From assembly GCA_028023455.1 (NCBI GenBank), contig JAQFVV010000007.1, positions 8,680,001-8,744,000 on the forward strand: a stretch of DNA of 64,000 nucleotides, written 5' to 3'. Every line of letters starts with the position of its first letter. Position 1 is the stretch's first letter. Position numbers and translations under genes: made by a program. The stretch is from Epiperipatus broadwayi. Taxonomy: Eukaryota > Animalia > Onychophora. Positions 25,281 through 38,329 of this stretch are shown here, piece by piece. Below the pieces are notes generated by a model. The model was given only the letters and a program-made list of their open reading frames with translations, ran no database searches and was not told the DNA's origin.

Positions 25281-27156
25281 TTCATTCTTAAAACAATGCT
25301 AATGTAAAATAAAGTAATAACAATGATTAAAAAATTATATGTAAAAAAAAGAAGTGATTTTTTATAAGATGCACAAAGATTATGATAATGTATTTATTTC
25401 TTCCATGTAAATTGTGATTAACTTTAGCTTTCAATTCTCTTATCTATCACCATGACAACATACCGTCTCATATGGAAGCCATTTCGAAAAAGTGAATACT
25501 CTAACTTTTGATTATAATCCTTAATTGATTGAAAAGTATATATAATTTAATACAGTCTTACACTTCTTATGAGACATTGAACTCTTCAATATAAAACGTT
25601 AATCAAATTCCTATCTTTTATGCTGGTTTATGTCAACAAGATTCTCTAAAAGCCAAAACAACAGATGATATTCTGTTATGATAATACTTGTATGCTTATA
25701 GATGACAATATACAATTTTTTGTAAAAAAAAAGTCAAAGACCAAAAAATTGTTCACTTAAGCATATATTCAGGGACATATAGGAAGTGAGCAGGCAAGTT
25801 GGTTGGACACTGAATGATTTTGAAAAGGGGAATGTGCAAAGTGCTACATTACATTAATGTAATGTTATTCAAACACTGTTCTAAAGATATACAAGATTCA
25901 CTGATTGATTGTATTTGGAAGCCAATCTACTACTGCTTCTTTGAAGATGTAGAAATGATATGTTTGGTTCATCTAAGATGCCAGAAAAACTCGCTAAAAC
26001 TTTATGCATAAAAATATGATTGTGTCTTAACAATATGACAATGAAATTCCAATTATTATAACCTTTATTTCAAAATGTCAAATGACTGTAAGAGTGTGAC
26101 CTTCTATCCTATGACAGATAATTTAGTGCCATAAAATCACCACTTTAAAACCAGTTATTGACTTTTGTATTTGTTAGTGTACTAAAATTCAAAGCTTGTT
26201 CTACTGCACTTATGTGAGTAGCAGCCAGCTTTTACTTCTTAGTGCAAAATAATCTGGTGTTCATTAATTACTCAAGATTACAGTAGATGGTTCTTAAATA
26301 GTGGGAAGATAACTGCTCTTGGAAGCATAGAAGTAGCATAGGAGAAGGTCATGAGATGTTATTGATAATGTATTATTACTATGCTTCATTTAAATCAGAA
26401 CAGTAGCTCCCATTTGATTGCCTGGAAATTCCTTTATCAATCAGCTAAGATCATCTGAATCTTACTAACTGACCAACATTAGAAACATATTTGGGGTGAC
26501 TATGAGCACTATATCTAAAATAATTCCAAACATGTTTCAAAAACTTTGAATGATCTGGAAAAGAATTCTGCAATTCCACTGCATATTAGAACCAAGTGTT
26601 TTTGCAGACTAATCGAGTAACCATTACAAAATAGGTTTTTATTTTTATTTTATTTATTTTATTTTTTTTTTGGGGGGGGGGGGGGCATCTAGACTGATGT
26701 CAAAGCGCCTGAAAAATTAGGTAAAAAAAAATAGTTGGAACTTTTATTAACTTTTATTTTATTTGCTTACTGAAGGTTTTTGTTTTCTTTGCAAGTTTGT
26801 GGAAGTTGTATATATATTTTTCTCTTTTTTTTTTTTTTAACCAATCATTTCAGATTAAATCAATTTATGTCGCTCAATAAAGAAAGAAAAAAATGTATGT
26901 ATTTTAAAGCAAATATTTGCTAAAAAGATTATTTTTGCAGTTTCATGATGTGAACTTTTTTCTATATTGTTGAAAAAGATAATTGTGTAATCAATTAAAA
27001 AAGAAAAAATACACAATATATGAAACATAACAATAAATCTACAGATTTAACACTTATATAATAATTTTTCAAATGAAAATCTATCTATCATTTTGAGATT
27101 AAAATAATGAAAGACGTAAGAAATATTGAACATTCTCTATTTATATATATATATAT

Positions 27157-27370
27157 TGTAACAGAATGAATTAGGAGATTTAGATTCCTGTACAGTTAGC
27201 CAATAACAGGAGTGATTAGGAAAGAGCTTTAAGCGTACACCTGTCTGGGCATAAATGGAAGTGATAGTTTCTGTAGATGTGGTATCAATAACTCAAACGT
27301 AATGGAGAATATTAAGGTATTCATATATGACACTATTTTATAACTGATTACTAATAGCCTAAATATGACA
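27157..27370 (+). mobile_element. Solo-LTR-like unit TGTAACAGAAT...GACA
   Basis: TG...CA ends next to a (TA)n tract. Confidence 0.35.
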
Positions 27371-28049
27371 TATAAATCAATCGCCACTTAATTTGATCTG
27401 AGATGAGGTGGTATTTTCATTCACCGTGAACTGTAATAGTTTAATATCCTTAAATTCTATTTGTAAAATTATTTAATTTTAAAATACATGACAAATGGTA
27501 ATGTAACTTCTATCTAAGAGTCAGCAGGTAAATGATAATGATATTAACCTTTTGTTAGGATCTATCTCAAATGCACTCCTCCAATGACTCATATCAACTA
27601 ATGATTGCTATGATGACATTAAAATATAACATAAAATATCTTATTCATAAAATAAATAAGATAAGAATTTCTATTTTACTTTATAAAATTATGTATTTTT
27701 ATAATAAGAGTACAAAAAATGGACAACATACTTAATTTGTTTCAAAGACAAAATATTTCAATAAATATTTAATTCGCCCAACCAAAAAATAACAAAAACA
27801 GATAACAATGCTCACACAAAACAATGGCATTTAATAGAATTACATTTGCTAATTCAGTCTTCTTTCAAATGCCATTCTTGTAAGTGTGAATGCATTCAAA
27901 TTCTTTCTAATGGTTTTCTATCTTAAGTTTGTGATAATCAATTCGTGTATTGTTTAAAAATTCAATAGCAATAGATCATTTAAATTTAATAGCATTAGCA
28001 GCAGTATGATGAATATTTGAGCAAAGTCTATTTGTACCATAATTATACA

Positions 28050-28520
28050 AGAAAAATTTGTTCATTTGGTAGTTGTGTACTTTGGCCAATGTGGTCACTT
28101 GATGCCATTGTTTCTCTGCAAAAGCACAGAAATATGCCATTTACAAGACACAACTTACAGCCTATAGAACAGTTCTGTTCATATTAGCCATTATCAAAGC
28201 TAGATGGCATTGCACACAAATATTATAGCCCACTGATCTGCTTTGCATCACTATGAAAATAGCATACACTTCACAGATTGCTACTGTACAATGTGAGGGT
28301 GTATGGAATTCAACTGGCCATAAGTGTTTTAATGTGCATTCGAAGTAACGATCTTACAACTTACCTGACATACTATTACATACTAATAATTGTAAGCCCA
28401 TCACCACATTTCCCTATACATCTTTGAAGGTGAAAACAATTGCAAAAGGGTATGTTCCCATAACCATTTCATATAAGCCATGCAAAAAGGCACATTTGTG
28501 AAAAAACAGCTGTGAGAGTA
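28050..28520 (-). mobile_element. Possible piggyBac-like C-terminal Cys-rich remnant
   Basis: Degenerate frames HLWPVEF...SRSVGYNICVQCHLAL and CKLCLV. Confidence 0.25.
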
Positions 28521-29339
28521 ATATTTGCTCAGAGTAGCGCATGTATTGGTCAATCCTTTGGATCATCAAACCTATTAATCCCCCCCCCCCGCATATTCCA
28601 GCACTACATGTTGAAAGATTTGTTTGCTCAGACTAGTGCATGTATTGATCAATCCTTTGGATTGACAAAACCAATGGACCCCCTCTCTGCCTCTGCATAT
28701 GCCAGTGCTATGTGCTGAAATGTATAATGTAATTAAAAAATGTAATTTAGAAAATAATGTTAGTTGGTAAATTATTAACAAATACTTTGAAAAATTGTTG
28801 GAGAACAGAAAGCAAAACATTATCAGCCCAGTAATGTTATATTTCATTATTTTTGCAAGCAACAATGCCAACAAGCAGTGACATGAGCCCAAATACACAA
28901 CAACCAAACAAAGGAATTGCTGCAATAATATTATAAAGCAGATTTTCAATCATCAGATTTTCAATGGTATGGATGGCTGAAGAATTGGGGTTGGAGTGGA
29001 CTGAAACCTGTCCATTAAAATATAAAGATTTGCTATCTTAATATAAACTAAGCACTGATTATATATGTGTGTGGGAGATGATGTTCTGGACCAAGTGATG
29101 AGTGCTAGTTTAGCATGAAATATGTATATTGGTGATTATTTATCTTTTCTACATGTATGTGGTCATGTGTATCATTAGTATGAGATAGTATGGATAGTTG
29201 AAGGGTGCTTGAAAGTCTGAGTTCAAATCCCCCTATACATACAATTAGGCTTCAGATATGTGAAGAGTTCCTGTATTTTAAATATTTATAAAGCAGAAAT
29301 AAAAGTTTTCTTTCACTGAATTTTCTTAATGCAAAGTTG

Positions 29340-30250
29340 AAGTATAAGCACTAATAAAATGGATATAATTACTGCAAATGTGAAGGCAAGTTTTAACACT
29401 GTTAACTTCACATTGATACAATAAGGAATTACAAGAATAGAAAATATATTTACTAGTACAGTTTCAAATTGTAATTCCAAACAGAAGGTAATCAATCCTT
29501 TACACATGTGCTGTACTGTTATATTAAATCAACATTTTTTGTTGAATGTGAGGAAGCTCTCAATCCAAAGCACAAGATAGACACTTTGAAAAATAAGAGT
29601 GACCATCTTATCTTTGTACCTAAATTCAATTATATAGGCCAATCTTAAATATCTTGAAATGAGAACATTAAGATTTTTATATACAATAAAAACAACACTG
29701 ATTTAATATAACAATACAAATGATTAATTGCCTTCTGCTTTGAAGAATAAAAAATACATTAGACATTAAAGCAAATCCAATATCATACATTCTCCTTTCA
29801 ATAAATGATCTGTCCTTCTAAAAATAATTGTCTCTATTCACCTGTTTTATTAAATTTATTCACCTTGGAAGATATGTTTCACTAAAAGCAGCTATAGTGT
29901 GCTTAAATCTTGACAGTTCCTTATCTACCAGTACAACCTTCTTTTCTGATCTTGAAGAAGTCCACATTTCATGCATGTATGTTTAGGGAAAGTTACAGTT
30001 ATAATAAATATTTTAGTAAAACTACTTTCTCTTGCTTTAACACTACTATTGATGATATTATTAGTATTGCTATCCATAGTAAGAAGTAATCCATTAGGTA
30101 TAACAATCTAATCAGATTGTGAGTCTATCATTGTTAGACCACATCATTTAAGCTTTTTCCACTTGGGTGGTAGACAGGAAGATCCCTAAAGTGAGTTATG
30201 TAAATGTACAAACTTTGTCACCTAGTACTCCTGACTCAAACTCAGTTCCA
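29340..30250. mobile_element. Decayed LINE AP-endonuclease fragments (29340-29580 plus; 29850-30250 minus)
   Basis: TRIENIFTS on plus; CLPP and LLTMDSNT on minus. Confidence 0.3.
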
Positions 30251-30762
30251 ATTAATGTTTTAACAATACTACTGTCTTGAATAAAGATCATAACTAAGAA
30301 CTGTCCACCTACTGAGCCTTTCCCCAATTAATACTTTCTTAATTCTTGAGGGCTTGAGTTAAATAAAATGAAAGAAAATGGAGTTAAAAATGTTGTGCAT
30401 GTAATTAAAGACAGAAAATAGTTGCACAAACATATAATCTCCATGTCACAGTAAGTATAAGCAGATACTGATGGCATGAGAGTTTCATGATGACTAAGCC
30501 CTACAGTAACTTAAATAAATGAAGGATGAATAAAGAGACTAAAAAGACAGTTTATATTGTAAACAATATCTAGCTTTTGATAAATCAAAACTTTAGCTTA
30601 CAGGAAGCATGAGCTTATGGTTTGGCAATTTTAGATGTTATTCATAGATGATCTTCATATCTGAAAGTCCATCTACTATTCACCAACTGCAGAGACTATT
30701 GTTTCCTGAGCATAGCACCCAACTAGATGATAACATAATGCCATTGATCATGCATAATTACA

Positions 30763-31345
30763 TAGAAGAATTAGCTGATAATAAAATGCAATGAACAGGT
30801 ACAATCACAACATGGAAGTATTGGCTAACAATAAAATGCAATGCACTATGAAAAAATTGGAAAATAAAATTCAATAAGCAATTGCAATGAAGTGGTACTG
30901 GATAGATTGAAGATAGAATTAAATAAACAGGTACAGTTGCACAGCAGAAGAATTGGCTGAGGATAGAAGACAATAATCAACTGCAATTACACAGAGGAAG
31001 GATTGGCTAAGAATAGGATGCAGATATAATGAAAAAGCCACAATTACACAATGAAGTTCTATTAATGAAGAATAAAATGCAATAAATAAATAAATACAAT
31101 CATAATGTGGAAGAGTTGACAGAAAATAATTCAATGAACAATTACAATTATATAGTGGAAGGAATGTCTGACTTTAGAATAAAATAAACAGACATAATCA
31201 TGCAGTGAAAGAAATGGTGAAGAAGAGAACACAATGAACAACTACAACTATGCAATGAAAAAAAGATTGAAAATAGAATGTAATAAACAGTCATAATTAT
31301 GTTGTAATTGTTTGAGGATAGAATACAACAAACAGTTATATTGTA
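30763..31345. repeat. Minisatellite, about 50-bp unit, about 11 diverged copies
   Basis: Approximate consensus GAAGAATTGGCTGAAGATAGAATGCAATAAACAGGTACAATTACACAGTG. Confidence 0.75.
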
Positions 31346-32201
31346 TGGGTAAAACACTACAGATTAAAAAAAATAGATTGTAGAAAACTCAAAACTATAT
31401 TACAGTATATATAAGAAATAGATTAAAAATCAGCATGTGTGTAGATCTGTTTGTTGTCAGAAAATTGGTTCCTTTCTATAGTTATTACAAATGTTTTTGT
31501 TTTTTCTTCATATTTGTTGTTCTTTTCCTCCAGAGTTAAAACAATCATATTCTACTTTAAATAACTAAAGTTTAGATCTATTTAATTGATTTGATCTGTA
31601 TTAATACAAAATGACCTTTGATAATTGATTGATTTTAGATTTTCTAAATGAAGTCATATACAGGAATTAATCTTTAACCAGAAATTAATACAACACGGCA
31701 AATTCCTGATTTACACTAAATGGCATGGTTGTCATTTTTCCCATATCATTTAATGGCAAAAAAGTGAATTTAAAAAAAGATTAAAAGTTATCTTTTACTG
31801 GTTATAAAAAATTCAGATTTAGTTTAAATTATTTTTCATATATGTTATTATTTTTGTGAAAATTGAACTATGAATAAGTAACATGATTATATGAAAAAAG
31901 ATCAAATGTTAGTTGGCATATTTACCATTTTCTTATATTAGATTATAAAGAAATGTATTGTCTAATTAGTCCATTTATTCATTATTTTTACTATAAAATT
32001 ATTAATATTTATTTCTTATTAATTATGTGATGTTTGCATTGTACTTTTATTTCAATATTGATAGCTTTTACAAAGAAATTATTAAAATAATATTTGTATT
32101 AAACCAATCCTATTATCTGCAAAACATTTTTGTCTCTTACCAACAAAAGGCTATTTGTTGACCTATTGTCAACTTTTTCTTGTTTCTTTGCAAAGTTAAT
32201 G

Positions 32202-32479
32202 TTCACATATATTGCTTACAATAACTACCCTCATATACAGCTTAATGCAATTTTTTTAATGATTCCTTTATATTCCTGAAAGTTTCGACTGCCCTGCAGT
32301 CTTCATCAGAGTGGTCTCAATCTCCTCTACCTTTTAAAATAATTTCCTGATAGTTTGATTGAGATCACTCAGATGAAGACTGCAGGGCAGTCAAAACTGT
32401 CAGGAAAATAAAGGAATCATTAAAAAAAATTTGCATAAAAGTATATATGAGGAGAGTTATTGTAAGCAATATACATGAA
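32202..32479. mobile_element. Fold-back element, family P1, with a hammerhead motif in each arm
   Basis: About 120-bp arms (32202-32322 and 32357-32479) with a 34-bp spacer. Confidence 0.8.
32276..32313 (-). ncRNA. Minimal hammerhead motif (core intact, UUC triplet); mutated mirror copy at about 32368-32403 on plus
   Basis: CU CUGAUGA A GACUG-CAGGG-CAGUC GAAAC U UUC AG. Confidence 0.6.
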
Positions 32480-32557
32480 TATATGAAGAAATGCAAAGAA
32501 AGTAAAAGAAGAAAAATAAGAATATACTTCAAAGTTAATGTTTTAGATTTTAAAACA

Positions 32558-32810
32558 ATAGAAAACTCCCCAGTGCACCCCTTAATAATCAATGGATGCA
32601 AGAAGGTTTATGCATAAAATCCCTATCTAATGTCTATTCATGCAATATCCCCAGACAAGTTTCTAGTAGGCACTAGATAGAAATTTTATGTACAACCCGT
32701 CTTGCATCTATTGATTAATAAGGCTTGAATTGAGTGGCACTACAGTATGGAGAGTTTTCTATAATGTTAACAGCTTGTATGAGCATATAAAATGATGATT
32801 ATGTGATGTT
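32558..32810. mobile_element. Fold-back element, family P3, copy 2
   Basis: Arms homologous to 10363-10626. The centre keeps the hammerhead 3' half GAAAC-UU-GUC-UGGGG on the minus strand (32649-32663). Confidence 0.7.
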
Positions 32811-33286
32811 ATAATGCAAATATTTTTATTTTGTTTGAAAACAAATATAACTTCCCCTAGCAATGAACAAAAATGACCACAGCTGGAGTAATAACAAAGA
32901 ACAATAGTCATAATCATAAATTTATTATCATCTCCATCACTTGAATTTTTTATAAAATTATTATTGACTTTTATTTTAGATTATTAATATAAAGTTAACT
33001 ACTATTGTCTACTGTTAGTCTTTTATATAAATACAGCCGTGTAGAAGATTTTAATCAACAAATAATGTGTAATTTAATAATCGATTAATAATAATCATCA
33101 ATGTGTTTATCTAAAATGGATGATGTCAAAATTGGGATTGTAAAAAGTTTGACACCTATAAATCAAATTATAACAATCTTAAAACAAGTCATTTTGTATT
33201 TAATGTATAATCATAATTAACTTAAATTAATACATTTAATTTTTATTGTAGAAAAATGATAATAACATAATGTACTTTGGTTTCAG

Positions 33287-33425
33287 TTCTTTCGAATGAC
33301 AGATTTTTTCACCCAAAATGCTGGTGCTTCTGGGTTTGGGCCTCATAATTATGTTCCTAATTGTCATCATTGTATTAGCTGTGATTGTTTGCAAGTCATT
33401 TGTGTCAGAAATGAAGTATGTTTCA
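33287..33425 (+). CDS. Candidate coding exon, frame ambiguous (TM helix MLVLLGLGLIIMFLIVIIVLAVIVCK versus Cys-rich frame)
   Basis: Strong TTTCAG acceptor; donors GTATGT (33416) and GTAAGT (33426); CAAAATG start context at 33318. Confidence 0.35.
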
Positions 33426-33519
33426 GTAAGTTGATTTATTGTATCTAAACCAATTTTAATATATCGTAATGCTTATGTGATGACAGAATTAAATTGTTAG
33501 TCAAACCAATTTATACTAC

Positions 33520-33650
33520 AAGATTTGGTGCAGTGAAAGAATGCCAGTATCCAAAGTTCAAGATCCATGGTCATGTCCCAGCTCTATCACATCAAGGGCC
33601 TCAATTCCTTATAAACTCCTAAGCACTATACCACATGAATATTTTATAAT
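33520..33650 (+). mobile_element. S1 SINE copy
   Basis: tRNA-like head and CTTATAAACTCCTAAGCA 3' block. Confidence 0.4.
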
Positions 33651-36539
33651 ATATAATAGTCTTCCAATATTCTTTGATTCATCATCCACATTTGAGTTCA
33701 CGTTGTTTGAAAAAAAAAAGTTATATTATATAAAATTATTTTTTTAAAAAAATGTTTTTATTTAATTCGAGGACTAATGTAATAAAAAGCAAAATACATT
33801 TTTTGCTTAAATCACAGTTTTGGTAGTTATATGTAGCTTTAAGTAAATATGTGAGGCACTCATAAATTAATTACTTCAAGCTATAACAGAGTGTTTATCT
33901 TGATCACAAACTATATTACTTGAATTAAGAAATTTAAGGATATCTCTTAATTTTATTTAAAGTTACGTATCATAACCAAAATTGTGGTTCAAAAATATAT
34001 ACATTACTTTTTATTGCATTAGACTTCAAATTAAATAAAAGCATCTTTTAACATTCTCACTTTTCAATATTTATCTTCTTACCACAAATAAGAATTTGAA
34101 TTAATAGTTTGACATTTTAATTTTAACATTAAAATATTTATTTAATATTATGAAACAATAAATTAGATTTGATTTGTTATAGATTTAAGTTTACAAATGG
34201 ACTTTTTTTTTAAAAAAATCATATTTAATCTTTCCAAATATATAAAAATATATATTAAAATGTGTACATTTGCTTCCTTGTCATAATGTTATATTAAAAA
34301 AGAATTCATAAAATATTTGTTGAATGAATTTCAATTTTTAAACTGAACAAATTATTATAAAGTCCTAACAGATGTATGAAATATTTTTTGTAAAATTGAA
34401 AATTGCATTTATATTTATTAAGTTATCACAAAAATTCAGAACAATTACTGTTTGATGGAATGTTACAACTGTAATAATCGCTGCTTCCAGTTCAAACAAA
34501 TTTCAAAAACATTTAAATAAAAACATAAACTATTTATTTTTAACCATTGCATTTTTAATTATGAAACTTTCCCAGGTCAGAAGTCAAGAAATTATATTTG
34601 TATTTTTCACCCTCTGCTGAGAAACTTTGTGAATCGTTTGTTTTAGAGCTTTAAAATTCACAGATATTTTTTTTTCTAATATTTTAATTTTAAAAAAAAT
34701 CAAAAAATGTCAGGATAATCAAACAAGTGAGTCTTCAAAGTATATGATGATGGGGGTTTATTATGTGTTTGGCAATCTCAAACTTTGTGAGATTACTTCA
34801 AGAAAATATTACAATAGTCTAAAAACTTGATTTTTTTGAAAAATTTATGATTATTTTTGTATAGTAATTGGGTAATAATTATTGGAAATCAAAAATATAT
34901 ATTATTACATATTTTTTACAGAAATGTTTTATTTTTAAATATAAAAGAATATATTCTTCTGAATATTTTTACCACAGAGATTACAGTCATGAAAAATACA
35001 ATTGTCTAGAAATTATGATACTCAACAGTCTGTTATAACATTTAGCGATATTGTAAAAATTATGAAAAAGTTTTTAACTTTATAGCATAAATTGATAGAT
35101 TTACTAGTATTAAAAATAATTCATTTAGATTTTTAAAACAAACATCAAACATAGAAGATTTCATTCATTTTGCAAATTGAATCTGCTCTACTGAAAATAT
35201 GATGATGAAACAGCACTTTGTTTTGACTAAAATCTAATTTTTAAAAGAATTCTGAAAATCAAATGTGATTTTTTAAATTTTATTTAATTTCTAAACAAAA
35301 ATATATTTTAAATGAGGTCAAATTTATTATATTCCGATAAATAATAATGGTTCAATATTAAAGTGAAAATTGAAAGCTTAAAGTAAATGAGAACAAAGAA
35401 ATCTGTCAGAATGCTAGCACAGTACAAAAGGGTTAATAATTATAATGATAATAATAATCTATTGTTACAAAAAAATGGAACAAGTGATTCTTAACATTCA
35501 TATTCAAAAAATCAATCAGTGATCTCTTGCTTTATTGGGTTCTTTTAATCCTTTCTTTGTAGATTACTGCCACCTTCAAATTTTTTGTAACTAATAAATC
35601 AATATTTATGTTAATTCATGTTTTTAACACAAAATGTCACTAAATAATAATAAAGAAGACCAAAAAAAGTGATTTAAATCCATAAATAAGGAGTGCAGTC
35701 ACAGTATTCTATAAGAAACTGATTAAAGCATTAGAAGAATTAAATGTAATTCAAAATTATAAAAAATCTATAAACATAGAATTTATATAAAAAAAATTGA
35801 TAAAAACATTAGCTTCAAAACACTAAAACTCACTAAATATTGTTTTTATTTCTTGAATTCTTATTCTCAGGGGGGAGGGGATATTTTTAATTTTGTACTC
35901 TTACCAATATTTAAGCTTGTATTACTGAGCTTTAAAAATTTTAATTACTTCATATTTGTGAGAAAAAAGATTTTAAATTATAAAAACTTAACAACAAGAA
36001 AGCCAGTTTTAACAAAAAGTCATAGTACTTGGTGTTGTTTGTGTCTGTTTTCTTCATTATTAAGTTTTTCCTGTGTTGTAGTATTTTAAACTTCAATTTG
36101 TAAAAAAATTAAATTAATATTTTGGCCCTTTTATATAAAAATACTTTCATAAACTTAAATTAAGTACAGACCTGGCATCTGCAATAAGTTATTTACATTA
36201 GCATCTGTTTCCAGTCCAATAAATATTCTGTTGTTTTTTCTATTAATTAAATAATATTTTGAATTAACATGCAATATAAAAATATTATTTGTAATCTATA
36301 TCATGCAAATGAGGAAGTAATAATAACTTGTAAAAGTCAAAGCATGTTATTTTTTAATTTCTTTAGTTTTAAACATCTTTGCATTTTTGTCAGAGTCCAT
36401 ACCTAGAGTATGCCACAGTGCATGTCTATATGTCATTAAAATAGAATATAAATTATGTACATAGAACTTTGAATTCTTGATTTTAAACACTGGAGACTAC
36501 ACTCAAATATTAAAAGCAGTTATAGAAAAGAAAAGTAAG

Positions 36540-36785
36540 TATGTGTTTCTATTTTGATTTGGATTTGTATTGAACCATTTTCGAATATGTGCATTTGAAA
36601 CACCAGTCTCTTAGGCAGAGAAGAACATACTTGGAGAGTATGTATGCCCAAACGATAGCTATAAAGTATATAACTAACATTACATTTCCAGGACATAGCT
36701 TCTTCTCGGCTGTTGAGTTGAACACCACGTCCAAAGCACTTTTTTGTTTGTGTATAACCACGGGCGCCAGCTGCTTATTCTAAAA
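36540..36785 (-). pseudogene. Possible degenerate THAP domain (DNA transposon remnant)
   Basis: GARGYTQTKK (about CAARGCT), then W, then QVCS, and DWCF in a shifted frame. Confidence 0.35.
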
Positions 36786-37669
36786 GAATACTAAAAAAAT
36801 AGACAACGCACTTTGAACAGTGGCCACTAACTCAATGCCTAAATCCATGACTAGCTCAGTTGTTTGTAGTCACTAACAGATTATATCTAATTAGTGGTTA
36901 AAAGACTTGATAAAGGAATTGTAAAAGGAATTTATAAAAGGAGATTGGTAAAAAGAATTGACCGACAAATAAAGTTTAATTTTAAAGATAATTTATTAAC
37001 TAACACTTATTTACTAAATTTAAACATTTTATAATTCTAATAAAACACACGCATATTTTAAATTAACATTTCTAAATGGTTTAAATAATCCTATAGATTT
37101 AATAACAGAACACTCTAATTTAACTAATAAATATTGATATAATGATCACACACATATTAACTCATGTACACACATAATAATAATAAAAAATTACATAGCA
37201 TTTGAAATTTAATCACACATATCAATAGTTCATTTATGTATGATATAGAGTTCATATAATTAGACTCTTGAAAGATTCGTACGAATTAATGCAATGCAAT
37301 GGCTATTACAGTATAAACGAAATAAGCAAATGTTTTTACCTAGGCTTTTAAATGTAGATGTAGAATTTTGGTCTCTTTGGTGGCTGCTTTTGGTGAGGAT
37401 ATTTCCATTATGAATGTTTACCAGCTGGCTGGGACTTTTCCTTGATGAGTTTCCTGATTTTCACGATTATTACTATTGGAGACAATTAGATATTGACGGA
37501 GATTTTCTAAGTTGTTACGTTGACCTTATTTCACGGGCAGATCTTGCTGTTTTCATCGGACTTTTTAGGCTGTGGAGAGGCATGAATTCCCAAAATCTTC
37601 TCAACACTGCATTTTGTTTGTTAACTGACTCAATTAATTTCTGAACTGCACTCACTCAATAAATTTGTG

Positions 37670-37715
37670 AACTGACTACTGTCCGATAAAAAAAGGTCTA
37701 TTTATACCTGCGCCT
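37670..37715 (-). promoter_or_regulatory. TATA box plus CAGT/TCAGTT initiator upstream of a dead short ORF
   Basis: Minus strand: GCGCAGGTATAAATAG, CAGTAGTCAGTT about 25-30 nt later, then AACAAACAAAATG. Confidence 0.45.
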
Positions 37716-38329
37716 TGTTGTCTTTCTAATATCTCCGGCAAAGATCTGTTGTCAAATTCCAGTGATAATCATTTGATAAACATGTTTTGGAAGATTGCTT
37801 AATTAGTAATAGCCATGCAATAAAACATGTTGTTTTATTTTATTAACCTTTTAACCGCTAATTATATTATTGGTTGTATGAGGTAAAAATCAAATCTTTT
37901 AATTGGCCAACTCACAAACTGAAGACAAAGCCTATTGTTAAAACATATTCGCCTATAATATTAAATTCAACTCAGATACGTTTATAAAAAGTATATTACT
38001 AATTTTTCAGGTTATGAAGAGAACGAAAGTTCTTTCAAAAATAAATTGCTATTTATTTATTCTAAAATATTCAATTTCGGCAACATAAAAGCTATAATAT
38101 AAACAAAAAGGTCGACTTTTACGTTATAGAAAAGTAAATATTTCTTTTAAATATTTCTTTAATATTTTTACTAAAATCTTCAATATTTTTCGAAAATAAT
38201 TTTGTTTTTTTAGTTTTTTTTTTAAAAAACTAGTTTAATTTCTGAAATTATATTTTTTTAATACTTAAAATTGCATTCGAAATGAAAATCTCAGCATTTT
38301 TCTTTATTTTCTTTGATCAGGCGGTTTCT

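Noticed and set aside
26178-26213. 36-nt exon-like segment with good splice sites
   Set aside because: Too short to support without partner exons or homology.
29313-29507. TM-like minus-strand ORF
   Set aside because: The opposite strand carries LINE endonuclease remnants.
30763-31345. CRISPR-like array or coding repeat
   Set aside because: No spacers, units are diverged, period is not a multiple of 3, and the context is eukaryotic.
36549-36790. TM-like last exon, and a TGGCGCCCG PBS-like motif on the minus strand
   Set aside because: Better explained as a frameshifted THAP remnant. The PBS match is only 9 nt, with no gag downstream.
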